A stretch of DNA of 64,000 nt from NCBI RefSeq assembly GCF_018607995.1, contig NZ_JABBAL010000037.1, positions 19,353 through 83,352 of the forward strand. Direction: 5' to 3'. Below, piece after piece: positions 38,370 to 47,212 of this stretch. The position numbers were made by a program, and so were the translations under genes. The DNA is from Planktotalea sp. Lineage in GTDB: Bacteria > Pseudomonadota > Alphaproteobacteria > Rhodobacterales > Rhodobacteraceae. Every line of letters begins with the position of its first letter. Positions within the stretch are counted from its first letter, which is position 1. The notes beneath the pieces are model-generated. The model was not told the origin of the DNA. It worked only from the letters and a program-made list of their open reading frames with translations, and did no database searches.

Positions 38370-38732
38370 TCGATCAAACCGTTGGCTCGCACCACTTGGG
38401 TTAGGTGATCTGGACGATGATAGTAATATCGAGCTGGTTTAAATCGACCGTCTGCATCTTGTGAAAACGCTATGGATTTGGCGGTTTGAAGATGGTGCGT
38501 TGCGCCATGTCTTTGATCAGCAGGTCTTACAAATCATCGTTTTGGTGAAGATTTCATCTCAGGCGGGATCCTGAGCTGCGGTGATGACGCTCCGCGAACT
38601 GCAACCGCAAATGCAAATTGGTCGCGCATCATGATTTCGCAGCTTGAGGGTCGCAAAATCGCAACGAAAGACACGGGGCCATTCTCCAAAGCAGGTCTTA
38701 GGCAGCGCGCGATGATCTGTCTTTAAAGCGTT

Positions 38733-39995
38733 TCAAAGCGCGCGCCAACCGATATCACGGCGAAAGAAGCCTTCGGGCCACTCGATCGCATCAACTGTCG
38801 CATAAGCGTGTTGATGGGCGGCTGCCAAACTTTCGCCACGGGCTGTGACATTCAAGACCCGACCACCTGTTGCGATTGTATGCCCGTCTTTCTCAGCGGT
38901 GCCCGCATGAAAGACTACGTTGAAACTGTCATCGCTGAACGCATCTAGCCCATTGATAACAGAACCTTTTTCATAAATACCAGGATATCCGTTTGCGGCC
39001 ATGACCACGGTCATTGCGTGATCGTTCGCCCAATTCACTTGCGCGTCAGCGAGGGATTTTTCCGCTGTTGCCAGAAGCAGATCCAAGATTTGTCCCCCCA
39101 GTCGCATCATCAAAACCTGACACTCAGGATCGCCAAAGCGTGCGTTATACTCCACCAAGCGCGCTGCGCCGTCTTTGATCATCAACCCTGCATAAAGGAC
39201 GCCTTGATAGGGCGTGCCTCGTCGCGCCATCTCCGCCATGCAAGGCTTCACGATTTCGTCCAACGCGCGTTCTGCAATCGCATCCGTGAGGACGGGTGCG
39301 GGAGAATAGGCCCCCATGCCGCCCGTGTTCGGGCCGGTATCACCTTCGCCGACGCGCTTGTGATCTTGCGCCGTGCCGATGGGCAGAACGTTTTCCCCGT
39401 CGCAGAGCACAAAAAATGAGGCTTCTTCGCCTTCCATGAACTCTTCGATCACCACTTCCGCGCCTGCACCGCCAAATGCGCCACCAAACATGTCATCGAC
39501 CGCCGCAAGTGCCTCGTCGAGGTCCATCGCGACGACAACGCCTTTGCCGGCTGCCAATCCGTCGGCCTTCACCACAATCGGTGCGCCATTTTCGAGGATA
39601 TACGCCTTGGCGCTCTCGGCATCGGTGAAATGTCCATAGCCCGCAGTCGCGGCATTGGCCGCATCACAAATTTCCTTGGTAAAGGCCTTGGACGCCTCTA
39701 GCTGCGCCGCTTCTTTTGAGGGGCCAAACACTAAGAAACCCGCATTAATCAGATCGTCGGATACGCCTGCGGCCAATGGTGCTTCTGGTCCGATAATCAC
39801 GAAATCAATCGACTCATTTTGCGCGAATTCTATGACTGCTGCGCTGTCTTCAATGTCGAACGCGGCGCAGGTCGCAATCTTGGCAATGCCCGCATTTCCT
39901 GGGGCTACAATCAACTTATCACACTTCGGATTTTGCATCACAGCCCAGGCCAGCGAATGTTCGCGCCCGCCGCTACCCAAGATAAGAATATTCAT
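38733..39995 (-). CDS. purD: phosphoribosylamine-glycine ligase
   Basis: The sequence MNILILGSGGREHSLAW is the canonical PurD N-terminus, and the protein is 420 aa. Confidence 0.95.
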   Translation of the reverse strand: MNILILGSGGREHSLAWAVMQNPKCDKLIVAPGNAGIAKIATCAAFDIEDSAAVIEFAQNESIDFVIIGPEAPLAAGVSDDLINAGFLVFGPSKEAAQLEASKAFTKEICDAANAATAGYGHFTDAESAKAYILENGAPIVVKADGLAAGKGVVVAMDLDEALAAVDDMFGGAFGGAGAEVVIEEFMEGEEASFFVLCDGENVLPIGTAQDHKRVGEGDTGPNTGGMGAYSPAPVLTDAIAERALDEIVKPCMAEMARRGTPYQGVLYAGLMIKDGAARLVEYNARFGDPECQVLMMRLGGQILDLLLATAEKSLADAQVNWANDHAMTVVMAANGYPGIYEKGSVINGLDAFSDDSFNVVFHAGTAEKDGHTIATGGRVLNVTARGESLAAAHQHAYATVDAIEWPEGFFRRDIGWRAL

Positions 39996-40076
39996 TGCGC
40001 GCTCCTGTCTGCGACGTATTGGCCTTCTGTCGCTCGCGTTCTAGTCTGGGCGCACCCGATGCACAAGCGAGGCCCT

Positions 40077-41639
40077 ATGTCTGATATGATCGATGATCCC
40101 CGCGAAGGGGCGAATGAGCCGGAATTTACTGTTTCAGAGATTTCGAACGCGGTTAAACGCACGATTGAAGGCACGTTTGATCATGTACGCATTCGTGGTG
40201 AGGTGGGGCGTGTCGTTCATGCGCGCTCGGGGCATTTGTATTTCGACATTAAGGATGATCGCTCTGTTTTGGGCTGTACGGCTTGGAAAGGGCAGGTCGC
40301 CAAGTTGACGGTGATGCCTGAAGAGGGAATGGAAATCATCGCGACTGGGCGTTTGACTACATTTCCGGGGCAATCCAAGTATCAGATGAATGTTCAGGAT
40401 GTGGCCGTCGCAGGTGAAGGCGCGTTGATGGCGATGCTAGAAAAGCGCAAGAAAAAGCTGGCGGCCGAAGGGATTTTTGATCCCGAACGCAAGCAAGATA
40501 TTCCGTTTCTTCCGGAAGTGATCGGAGTTGTGACATCGCCTACCGGTGCGGTTATTCGCGATATTTTGCATCGTTTGCGGGATCGTTTTCCCCGCAAGGT
40601 TCTGATCTGGCCCGTTGCAGTGCAAGGCGAGCGTTGTGCGCCAGAAGTGACCCGTGCCATTGACGGTTTCAACGCTTTTACACCCGGTGGGGCTTTACCG
40701 CGACCTGATTTGATTATCGTCGCACGCGGTGGTGGCTCGATCGAGGATCTATGGGGGTTCAACGAAGAGATCGTCGCGTGCGCGGCGGCTGGCTCGGACA
40801 TTCCTTTGATCTCTGCGGTTGGGCACGAAACCGATACGACATTGATCGATTTTGCGTCCGATCACCGCGCACCGACCCCAACAGCGGCGGCCGAACGCGC
40901 GGTGCCTGTGCGCGCAGAATTGCTCGCGCGATTGGAAGAATCCGAAGGGCGTCGTATTTCTGCGATGCGGGCAGCGTTGAATTATCGCGGCGAAAAATTG
41001 CGTGATCTATCGCGCGCACTTCCACGCCGAGAAGCGTTGCTGGCGCACTCCCAACAGCGCCTTGATCTCGCCTCCGCGCGTTTGCCAAATGCGCTTACAG
41101 CGCGCATCAATTTGGGACGCACGGGGCTTAGCCAAGCCTCCGGCGCGCTGCGGCCTTCGCTTTTATCGCGCAGTTTGGAGGCATCGTCTGAGCGCGTGAA
41201 AGACCGTGCTGCACGTCTTGCCCCTGCCTTGGAACGTAAACGTACTACGGCAGCGACTGATCTTCAGAACCTGAGCAAGCGCTTTGATGCCATTAGGGTC
41301 GATGCACAAATTGAACTGCGTTGTCAGAATCTTAGAGACGTGCTCCATCGTTTCAAACAAGCCGCATATGGACAACAAGATCAACAAACGCGCAAGTTGG
41401 ATGCCCTAGATCGTCTAAGGCTAACGCTTGGGTACAAAGCAACCTTGGATCGCGGCTATGCGGTTGTGCGCAGCGCTGATGGCGATGTGCTGACCACCCA
41501 AAAAGCGGCGAAATCCCACGTAGCGCTCGATATCGAGTTTGCTGATGGCACGCTGAATATCGGCACAGGTCGACCAGCCAAACCTGCTAAAACCGCAACA
41601 CTCAAACCTGATCCCAAAGACCAAGGGTCGCTCTTTTAA
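40077..41639 (+). CDS. xseA: exodeoxyribonuclease VII large subunit
   Basis: From the ATG at 40077 the sequence reads MSDMIDDP..FTVSEISNAVKRTIEG.F..V.IRGEV, with an OB fold and catalytic domain. The track start at 39819 is antisense to purD. Confidence 0.9.
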   Translation: MSDMIDDPREGANEPEFTVSEISNAVKRTIEGTFDHVRIRGEVGRVVHARSGHLYFDIKDDRSVLGCTAWKGQVAKLTVMPEEGMEIIATGRLTTFPGQSKYQMNVQDVAVAGEGALMAMLEKRKKKLAAEGIFDPERKQDIPFLPEVIGVVTSPTGAVIRDILHRLRDRFPRKVLIWPVAVQGERCAPEVTRAIDGFNAFTPGGALPRPDLIIVARGGGSIEDLWGFNEEIVACAAAGSDIPLISAVGHETDTTLIDFASDHRAPTPTAAAERAVPVRAELLARLEESEGRRISAMRAALNYRGEKLRDLSRALPRREALLAHSQQRLDLASARLPNALTARINLGRTGLSQASGALRPSLLSRSLEASSERVKDRAARLAPALERKRTTAATDLQNLSKRFDAIRVDAQIELRCQNLRDVLHRFKQAAYGQQDQQTRKLDALDRLRLTLGYKATLDRGYAVVRSADGDVLTTQKAAKSHVALDIEFADGTLNIGTGRPAKPAKTATLKPDPKDQGSLF

Positions 41640-42031
41640 ACGCCCACTTCTGGTCCTTTACAATACATCGGTTCGCTCGATTGTTCGGCCTCATAAAGCT
41701 CTGTGGTTTCGCCTGTGCCCAAAAACGTCGCACGCAGTCCTTTTGCGGTTGCTTCAAAATCCCAACATTGTGGGTCTGGGCGATCCTCGTAGACAAAACA
41801 AATGCCTTGCCCCAACGCATACCAATGGCCTGATTTGCAGTTGCCATCTAGGAAGGACCATTCGACACGCCTGCCGGGCAAGTACCGTTCGGCCCCATAG
41901 GCTTCGCCGCCTTTGCTAAAATAAAGTGTCTTGCCCTTTGTGTAGGCGTCAAACGCATCGCTCGACAAAGGGGCTGCCCAAAGCGGTGCGGCGCAAAGGC
42001 CTAAAATGAGGGTCACGTGGCTCAATCGCAT
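41636..42031 (-). CDS. secreted hypothetical protein
   Basis: The 131 aa ORF has a signal peptide (MRLSHVTLILGLCAAPLWAAP) and four Cys residues. Its stop overlaps the xseA stop in a shared TTAA. Confidence 0.55.
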   Translation of the reverse strand: MRLSHVTLILGLCAAPLWAAPLSSDAFDAYTKGKTLYFSKGGEAYGAERYLPGRRVEWSFLDGNCKSGHWYALGQGICFVYEDRPDPQCWDFEATAKGLRATFLGTGETTELYEAEQSSEPMYCKGPEVGV

Positions 42032-42149
42032 GCTGTGTCCTTTCGCTCTTCCTCAAAGCGTGCCGCAAAGCGCCGATAGTTTCAATCGCACTGCCCTTTC
42101 AAATCGCGCAATTCGTCTTTAGGTGAAGGACACTAGCGGAGTTCTGCCC

Positions 42150-43268
42150 ATGGCGTTTTTTAAGAAACTGAAAGATCGGTTGTTCAATTCATCCTCCAAA
42201 CTTGAAAAGGGTTTGGATGCTATTGTCGACGATGGCGGCGAAGTGGATGAAAAAACGCCGATAATTGAGGACGCCCAAGTTACAGTTGTGGCTGCCGCCC
42301 CTGATGTTATGCCAGAGCCAGAGCCAGAGCCAGAGCCTGAACCAAAACCTGAAGTCATCCCGTCGCCTGAACCTGCCCCAAAAACCGGTCTCTTGGGCCG
42401 GATCATTGGACGCGCGGCCACCAAGCAGGTGACGCGCCGTGTACTTGATGATGATATGTTGGAGCAGTTGGAAGAATTGCTCATCAGTTCCGACATGGGC
42501 GTCGATACGGCCCTTAGGGTCAGCGCGAACATGGCCGAGGGGCGCATGGGGCGTAAACTCTCAACTGAAGAAATCAAAGATCTACTCGCGGCTGAGATTG
42601 CCCGCATTATGGAACCCGTGGCAAAACCTCTGCCAATTTATCCGAAAAAACCACAGGTCGTCTTGGTGGTTGGCGTTAACGGGTCTGGAAAGACAACCAC
42701 AATTGGCAAACTCGCCAGCCAGTTTAAAGCGTCGGGCAAAAACGTGGTTATCGCGGCAGGCGATACGTTTCGCGCGGCTGCTGTGGAGCAGCTTCAAGTC
42801 TGGGGAACCCGCGCTGGCGTGCCGGTGTTGACCGCACCCGAAGGCTCTGATCCTGCCAGCCTCGCATTTGATTCGATGACAAAAGCAGAAGCAGACGGCG
42901 CGGACCTTTTGATGATCGACACCGCAGGCCGCTTGCAAAACCGGGCTGATCTGATGGAAGAACTCTCCAAGATCGTGCGCGTGATCCAGAAAAAAGACCC
43001 AAGCGCGCCGCACAACACCCTCCTCGTGCTAGACGCTACCACAGGTCAAAACGCGTTGAACCAAGTGGAAACCTTCCAGAAACTCGCGGATGTGTCGGGC
43101 CTTGTGATGACCAAACTCGATGGCACTGCGAAAGGCGGTGTTCTTGTTGCGCTCGCGGACAAATTTGGCCTGCCCATTCACGCGATTGGTGTGGGTGAAC
43201 AAATTGATGACCTTAATGGGTTCGATCCCGAAGACTTTGCAAACGCACTCACGGGGCGCACTCTTTGA
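42150..43268 (+). CDS. ftsY: signal recognition particle receptor FtsY
   Basis: The sequence starts MAFFKKLKDRLFNSSSKLEKGLD and has an acidic PEPEPEPEPEPKPE linker and an NG domain (GVNGSGKTTTIGKL, DTAGRL). Confidence 0.95.
   Translation: MAFFKKLKDRLFNSSSKLEKGLDAIVDDGGEVDEKTPIIEDAQVTVVAAAPDVMPEPEPEPEPEPKPEVIPSPEPAPKTGLLGRIIGRAATKQVTRRVLDDDMLEQLEELLISSDMGVDTALRVSANMAEGRMGRKLSTEEIKDLLAAEIARIMEPVAKPLPIYPKKPQVVLVVGVNGSGKTTTIGKLASQFKASGKNVVIAAGDTFRAAAVEQLQVWGTRAGVPVLTAPEGSDPASLAFDSMTKAEADGADLLMIDTAGRLQNRADLMEELSKIVRVIQKKDPSAPHNTLLVLDATTGQNALNQVETFQKLADVSGLVMTKLDGTAKGGVLVALADKFGLPIHAIGVGEQIDDLNGFDPEDFANALTGRTL
42312..42335 (+). repeat. hexanucleotide tandem repeat (CCAGAG)x4 within ftsY
   Basis: Four perfect copies encode the PEPEPEPE linker, and in-frame length variation is plausible. 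Confidence 0.8.
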
Positions 43269-43329
43269 ACTTCATCTTGCCAAGTGAACTCTGGGGGAGA
43301 CGCGCAAAGCGCGGCGCTGGCAGGCCCCC

Positions 43330-44250
43330 ATGCCTGCTTCAATGACGCTCTCTGACTGGCTGATTTCGCTCGAAGGGACAGAGCAGGGCCATACCGTCGC
43401 GCTTATACTCGCGCTGTCAGCCGCTTTCCTGCATGCCGTCTTTGGCGCTTTACAAAAAGGCCGCCACGATCCTTGGCTCAGCCGCGGTGCGATTGATGCA
43501 AGCTATGGATTAATGGCCATGCCCATCGCGCTTTTCGTGGTGCCTTGGCCAGAACCTCATATGTGGCCGGTCTTCGCGGGGGCCTTCATCATCCACCTTG
43601 GATACAAACTCTTGCAGGCCTTCGCTTACACAAAAGGGGCTTATACGGTTGTTTATCCGGTGGTGCGCGGGACTGGCCCTTTGTTTGCAGTCTTCGGCGC
43701 GTATCTGATCTTTGGTGAGACGTTCAATGGTGTCCAATGGTTCGGAGTTCTGATCTTGCTCTGTGGTATCTTCGGATTGGCGGCTTATAACTATTTCTTC
43801 CTCGTTACAGATCGCACGACGCTGGTTTCCGCGCTTTGTCTTGCCTTTGCAACTGGCCTGTTCGTGGCCCTTTACACAACCTATGACGCCTACGGAATTC
43901 GCGCAACCGCCGATCCGTTTACCTTCCTTGCGTGGTTCTTCTTTATCGATGGCATCGCGATCCCGCCGATCGCTTACACGCATTACAAGCGCATGCAAAA
44001 TCCGCCAAGTCTGCCGCCTCTCGCGCTGCGTGGTTTCATTGGCGGGCTTATCGCATTTGCGTCATTTGGGTCTATCATGCTGGCCACACGCCTTGACAAG
44101 GTGGGTGAAGCGGCCATTTTACGGGAAACTTCAACGGTCTTTGCTGCGCTGATCGGGTGGCTGGTGCTGAAAGAAACTGTTGGCCCACGCCGTATTGCCC
44201 TTATGGCACTTATTGCGCTTGGCGCGGTGATCGTAGAATTTGCAGGTTAA
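43330..44250 (+). CDS. DMT-superfamily (EamA-like) transporter
   Basis: The 306 aa ORF has about 10 TM helices. Confidence 0.7.
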   Translation: MPASMTLSDWLISLEGTEQGHTVALILALSAAFLHAVFGALQKGRHDPWLSRGAIDASYGLMAMPIALFVVPWPEPHMWPVFAGAFIIHLGYKLLQAFAYTKGAYTVVYPVVRGTGPLFAVFGAYLIFGETFNGVQWFGVLILLCGIFGLAAYNYFFLVTDRTTLVSALCLAFATGLFVALYTTYDAYGIRATADPFTFLAWFFFIDGIAIPPIAYTHYKRMQNPPSLPPLALRGFIGGLIAFASFGSIMLATRLDKVGEAAILRETSTVFAALIGWLVLKETVGPRRIALMALIALGAVIVEFAG

Positions 44251-44270
44251 ACGCCAAGAAGGGGCCTAAA

Positions 44271-44870
44271 ATGGCTGAAGAAAAAGACATCAATCCAATT
44301 CTGAAACAGGTTCTCGAACTTGGGCCAACGCTGGCGTTTTTCCTGCTGTATCTTCGGATGCGCGACAACACATATACTTGGGCGGGCACAGAATATTCGG
44401 GCTTTATTGTCGCCACCGTGGCCTTTGTGCCTGTTTTGCTGATCGCGATGGGCGCGCTTTGGTATTTTACCGGAAAACTTAGTCGCATGCAGATCTTTAC
44501 GGCCTTCATGGTGATCTTTTTTGGCGGTCTTACGGCCTATTTCAACGATGAACGCTTCTTCAAAATGAAGACCACGCTGGTCTACGGTTTTTTCGCGGTG
44601 ATCCTTGGCATTGGCTTGGTGCAGGGCAAGAGCTATTTGGCCTATGTGCTCTCGGATGCGCTTCCGATGGCGCATGAGGGCTGGATGATCCTGACACGGC
44701 GTTTGACTATGATGTTTGGCGCTTTGGCCGTGGGCAACGAAATCATTTGGCGCACCATGTCGACGGATGCTTGGGTCAAGATCGAAACCTTTGGCTTCCC
44801 GATCCTTTTGTTCGGATTCTTATGGCTTCAGTTCGTAGCGCTCCAAAAATATATTGAAATCGAAGATTAG
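44271..44870 (+). CDS. yciB: intracellular septation protein A (YciB/IspZ family)
   Basis: From the ATG at 44271 the sequence reads MAEEKDINPILKQVLELGPTLAFFLLY. It is a 199 aa multi-TM protein. Confidence 0.8.
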   Translation: MAEEKDINPILKQVLELGPTLAFFLLYLRMRDNTYTWAGTEYSGFIVATVAFVPVLLIAMGALWYFTGKLSRMQIFTAFMVIFFGGLTAYFNDERFFKMKTTLVYGFFAVILGIGLVQGKSYLAYVLSDALPMAHEGWMILTRRLTMMFGALAVGNEIIWRTMSTDAWVKIETFGFPILLFGFLWLQFVALQKYIEIED

Positions 44871-44904
44871 GGCCTGTTGACGCTGCACCGCAGCGCGCGT
44901 TAGA

Positions 44905-45010
44905 AAGACCTGTGGCGATTTGATACCGGATTGTGGGCCACGTTAAATATGCCGCTAAAAGGTCAATGCTCGGGAACCCCGTTTGTTTGACCGCATCGGG
45001 GTTTTTTCGT
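44905..45010 (+). ncRNA. candidate cis-regulatory leader of metZ (possibly a SAM-II-class riboswitch), with a terminator-like hairpin
   Basis: The helix GTGGC(44912-16)/GCCAC(44937-41) is flanked by CGATTT and GCTAAAAGG. The hairpin aaccccg/cggggtt (44975-45003) is followed by a T6 run, 35 nt before the metZ ATG. Confidence 0.35.
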
Positions 45011-45040
45011 GGAGCAAAGCCTTCGCGTATGGAGAACAAT

Positions 45041-46222
45041 ATGAGCAACGGGTGGAAGACACGGACGAAACTGGTCCATGCTGGATCTAAGCGCAGCCAG
45101 TGGAACGAAGTCAGCGAAGCGATCTTTCTAACCCAAGGGTTCGTATATGACACGGCTGAACAGGCCGAGGCGCGCTTTATTAAAGCAGAGCCGGATGAAT
45201 ATATTTACGCACGCTACGGTAACCCCACGGTCGCAATGTTCGAGGAACGCATGGCCGCGATTGAGGGCTGTGAAGACGGGTTTGCAACAGCCTCTGGCAT
45301 GGCGGCGGTCAATGGTGCGTTGATGGCTTGCGTAAGCGCTGGCGATCACGTCGTCGGTTCGCGCGCGCTGTTTGGATCGTGTCTCTACATCCTTGATGAA
45401 ATTCTGCCGCGCATGGGCGTTGAAGTGACTTTGGTCGATGGCCGCGATTTGGACGCGTGGGAAGCGGCGATCAGAGCAGACACAAAGCTTGTCTTCTTCG
45501 AGACGATCTCGAACCCGACGTTGGAAGTTGTCGACATCAAATCCGTCAGCGCAATGGCGCATGAGGTGGGGGCGATCGTTGTTGCAGACAATGTGTTTGC
45601 CACGCCGGTCTATTCCAAAGCCATAGAGCTGGGCGTTGATATTGTTGTCTATTCCGCCACAAAACACATTGATGGACAGGGGCGTGCGCTGGGGGGGATT
45701 ATCCTTGGATCGCATGAATTGATCCGTGGCAAAGTTGAACCCTATATGAAGCACACAGGCGGCGCGATGAGCCCGTTTGCAGCGTGGATCATGCTCAAAG
45801 GGCTTGAGACAATGGACCTACGCGTGCGTGCGCAATCGGCGACCGCGGCCAAGCTAGCAGAGGCATTGGAAGGGCATCCTAAATTAGCGCGTTTGATCTA
45901 TCCGGGCCATGCCAGCCATCCGCAAAACGACCTTGTGACGCGTCAGATGGGCAACGGCGGCACGATGTTGTCGATTGACGTGAAGGGCGGCAAAGAGGCT
46001 GCGTTTCGCACGCTTAATGCGTTGAAGATCGCGCTGATCTCGAACAACCTTGGTGATGCGAAAACCATCGCAACACCCCCAGCACAAACAACGCATCAAC
46101 GCTTACCCGAAGATCAGAAACAGACGCTTGGCATTACCCCAGGTTTGATCCGTCTAAGCCTTGGGATCGAGGACAGTGACGATCTGGTTGCTGATATTTT
46201 GCAGGCGCTTGAGCAGGCTTAA
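45041..46222 (+). CDS. metZ: O-succinylhomoserine sulfhydrylase
   Basis: A GGAGA RBS precedes the start. The sequence begins MSNGWKTRTKLVHAG, and the PLP-lysine region is YSATKHIDGQGR. Confidence 0.9.
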   Translation: MSNGWKTRTKLVHAGSKRSQWNEVSEAIFLTQGFVYDTAEQAEARFIKAEPDEYIYARYGNPTVAMFEERMAAIEGCEDGFATASGMAAVNGALMACVSAGDHVVGSRALFGSCLYILDEILPRMGVEVTLVDGRDLDAWEAAIRADTKLVFFETISNPTLEVVDIKSVSAMAHEVGAIVVADNVFATPVYSKAIELGVDIVVYSATKHIDGQGRALGGIILGSHELIRGKVEPYMKHTGGAMSPFAAWIMLKGLETMDLRVRAQSATAAKLAEALEGHPKLARLIYPGHASHPQNDLVTRQMGNGGTMLSIDVKGGKEAAFRTLNALKIALISNNLGDAKTIATPPAQTTHQRLPEDQKQTLGITPGLIRLSLGIEDSDDLVADILQALEQA

Positions 46223-46235
46223 CGGCTCACCAACT

Positions 46236-47024
46236 TCACAAGGTGCGCCCGTAAAACCCTAGACGTTCTTCGTCGGTGAACATCGCGCCGGGCGTTTCGT
46301 AATATGTGAGAACCGTCACCACACGCGGGCGTTCGCCTTGTGCGGGGGTGACGCAGTGCGGGGTGTTCACGCCGCGAAACACGTTCAAGGTTCCTGCTGT
46401 GACATCAAGGGCTCGTACGTCTGGATCTTCGCCGCGCACCAGTTTGTTGACCCCTTCATAATTGGGATCTTCAGGGCTGCGCAGGTCAGTACGATACAAA
46501 AATGTGCTGCCCTTGATCGGCGCTTGCAACAGCAGTGTCGTGGTGAACTCAGAGCGATCAAAGTGCCAGTTCAGCCCCTGTCCATCGTGGTAGGCCATGA
46601 CGTTCAAACATGCGAGCGGGTCGGCCATTGGATAAAGGGCAGGGCGCTGCATTACATCGGATAGAAAGTCGATGAAGGGCTGCCATTGATAAAGTTGGCT
46701 GACCGGTGTGTCCGCCACCTGATCTCCGCAAAGGGTTAAGTTAGAGGTCGAAAATTCCGAATAAAGAGGCGAGTCGTCGGGCACATCTGGGATCGACTTC
46801 TTGAAGTAGATGTTATGTTTACGCTCGTGGTGAAACGCCTCGGTGTCGAACTTGGGCAATGCAAAGTCCAAAGTCTGCGCAATCGGCGCCGAACGCATGA
46901 AACCCTCAAGATTGAACATGCCATCTGCGTCCAGATCCGCTTGGCAGCGTTTCGCAAGGGCTACGTAGGCGGCGCTATTCGGCTGATCAAGCGGGTAGAG
47001 ATCAAGGTCGAGTATATCGTGCAT
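46236..47024 (-). CDS. Fe(II)/2-oxoglutarate-dependent oxygenase (HxD type)
   Basis: From the ATG at 47024 the protein is 262 aa. The facial-triad candidates are NWHFDRSE (H-x-D) and TPHCVTP. The 95 upstream codons in the track ORF are implausible. Confidence 0.65.
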   Translation of the reverse strand: MHDILDLDLYPLDQPNSAAYVALAKRCQADLDADGMFNLEGFMRSAPIAQTLDFALPKFDTEAFHHERKHNIYFKKSIPDVPDDSPLYSEFSTSNLTLCGDQVADTPVSQLYQWQPFIDFLSDVMQRPALYPMADPLACLNVMAYHDGQGLNWHFDRSEFTTTLLLQAPIKGSTFLYRTDLRSPEDPNYEGVNKLVRGEDPDVRALDVTAGTLNVFRGVNTPHCVTPAQGERPRVVTVLTYYETPGAMFTDEERLGFYGRTL

Positions 47025-47212
47025 CGGGTAAGTTCCTAGAATTATTTCATTATTTCGAGGTTGTCGTCTTTTGGCAAGGTCGAAATCCGCGCAAACCTGT
47101 CGCATTTGGTCACAATGCCTTCGTCTTTTCACGGGGTCGATCAACTTAAACCATAGGAAACTAAGCGCGTTCACATATATAGTTCCGTGACTCTGCTCTC
47201 GGGGGGCAAAAG

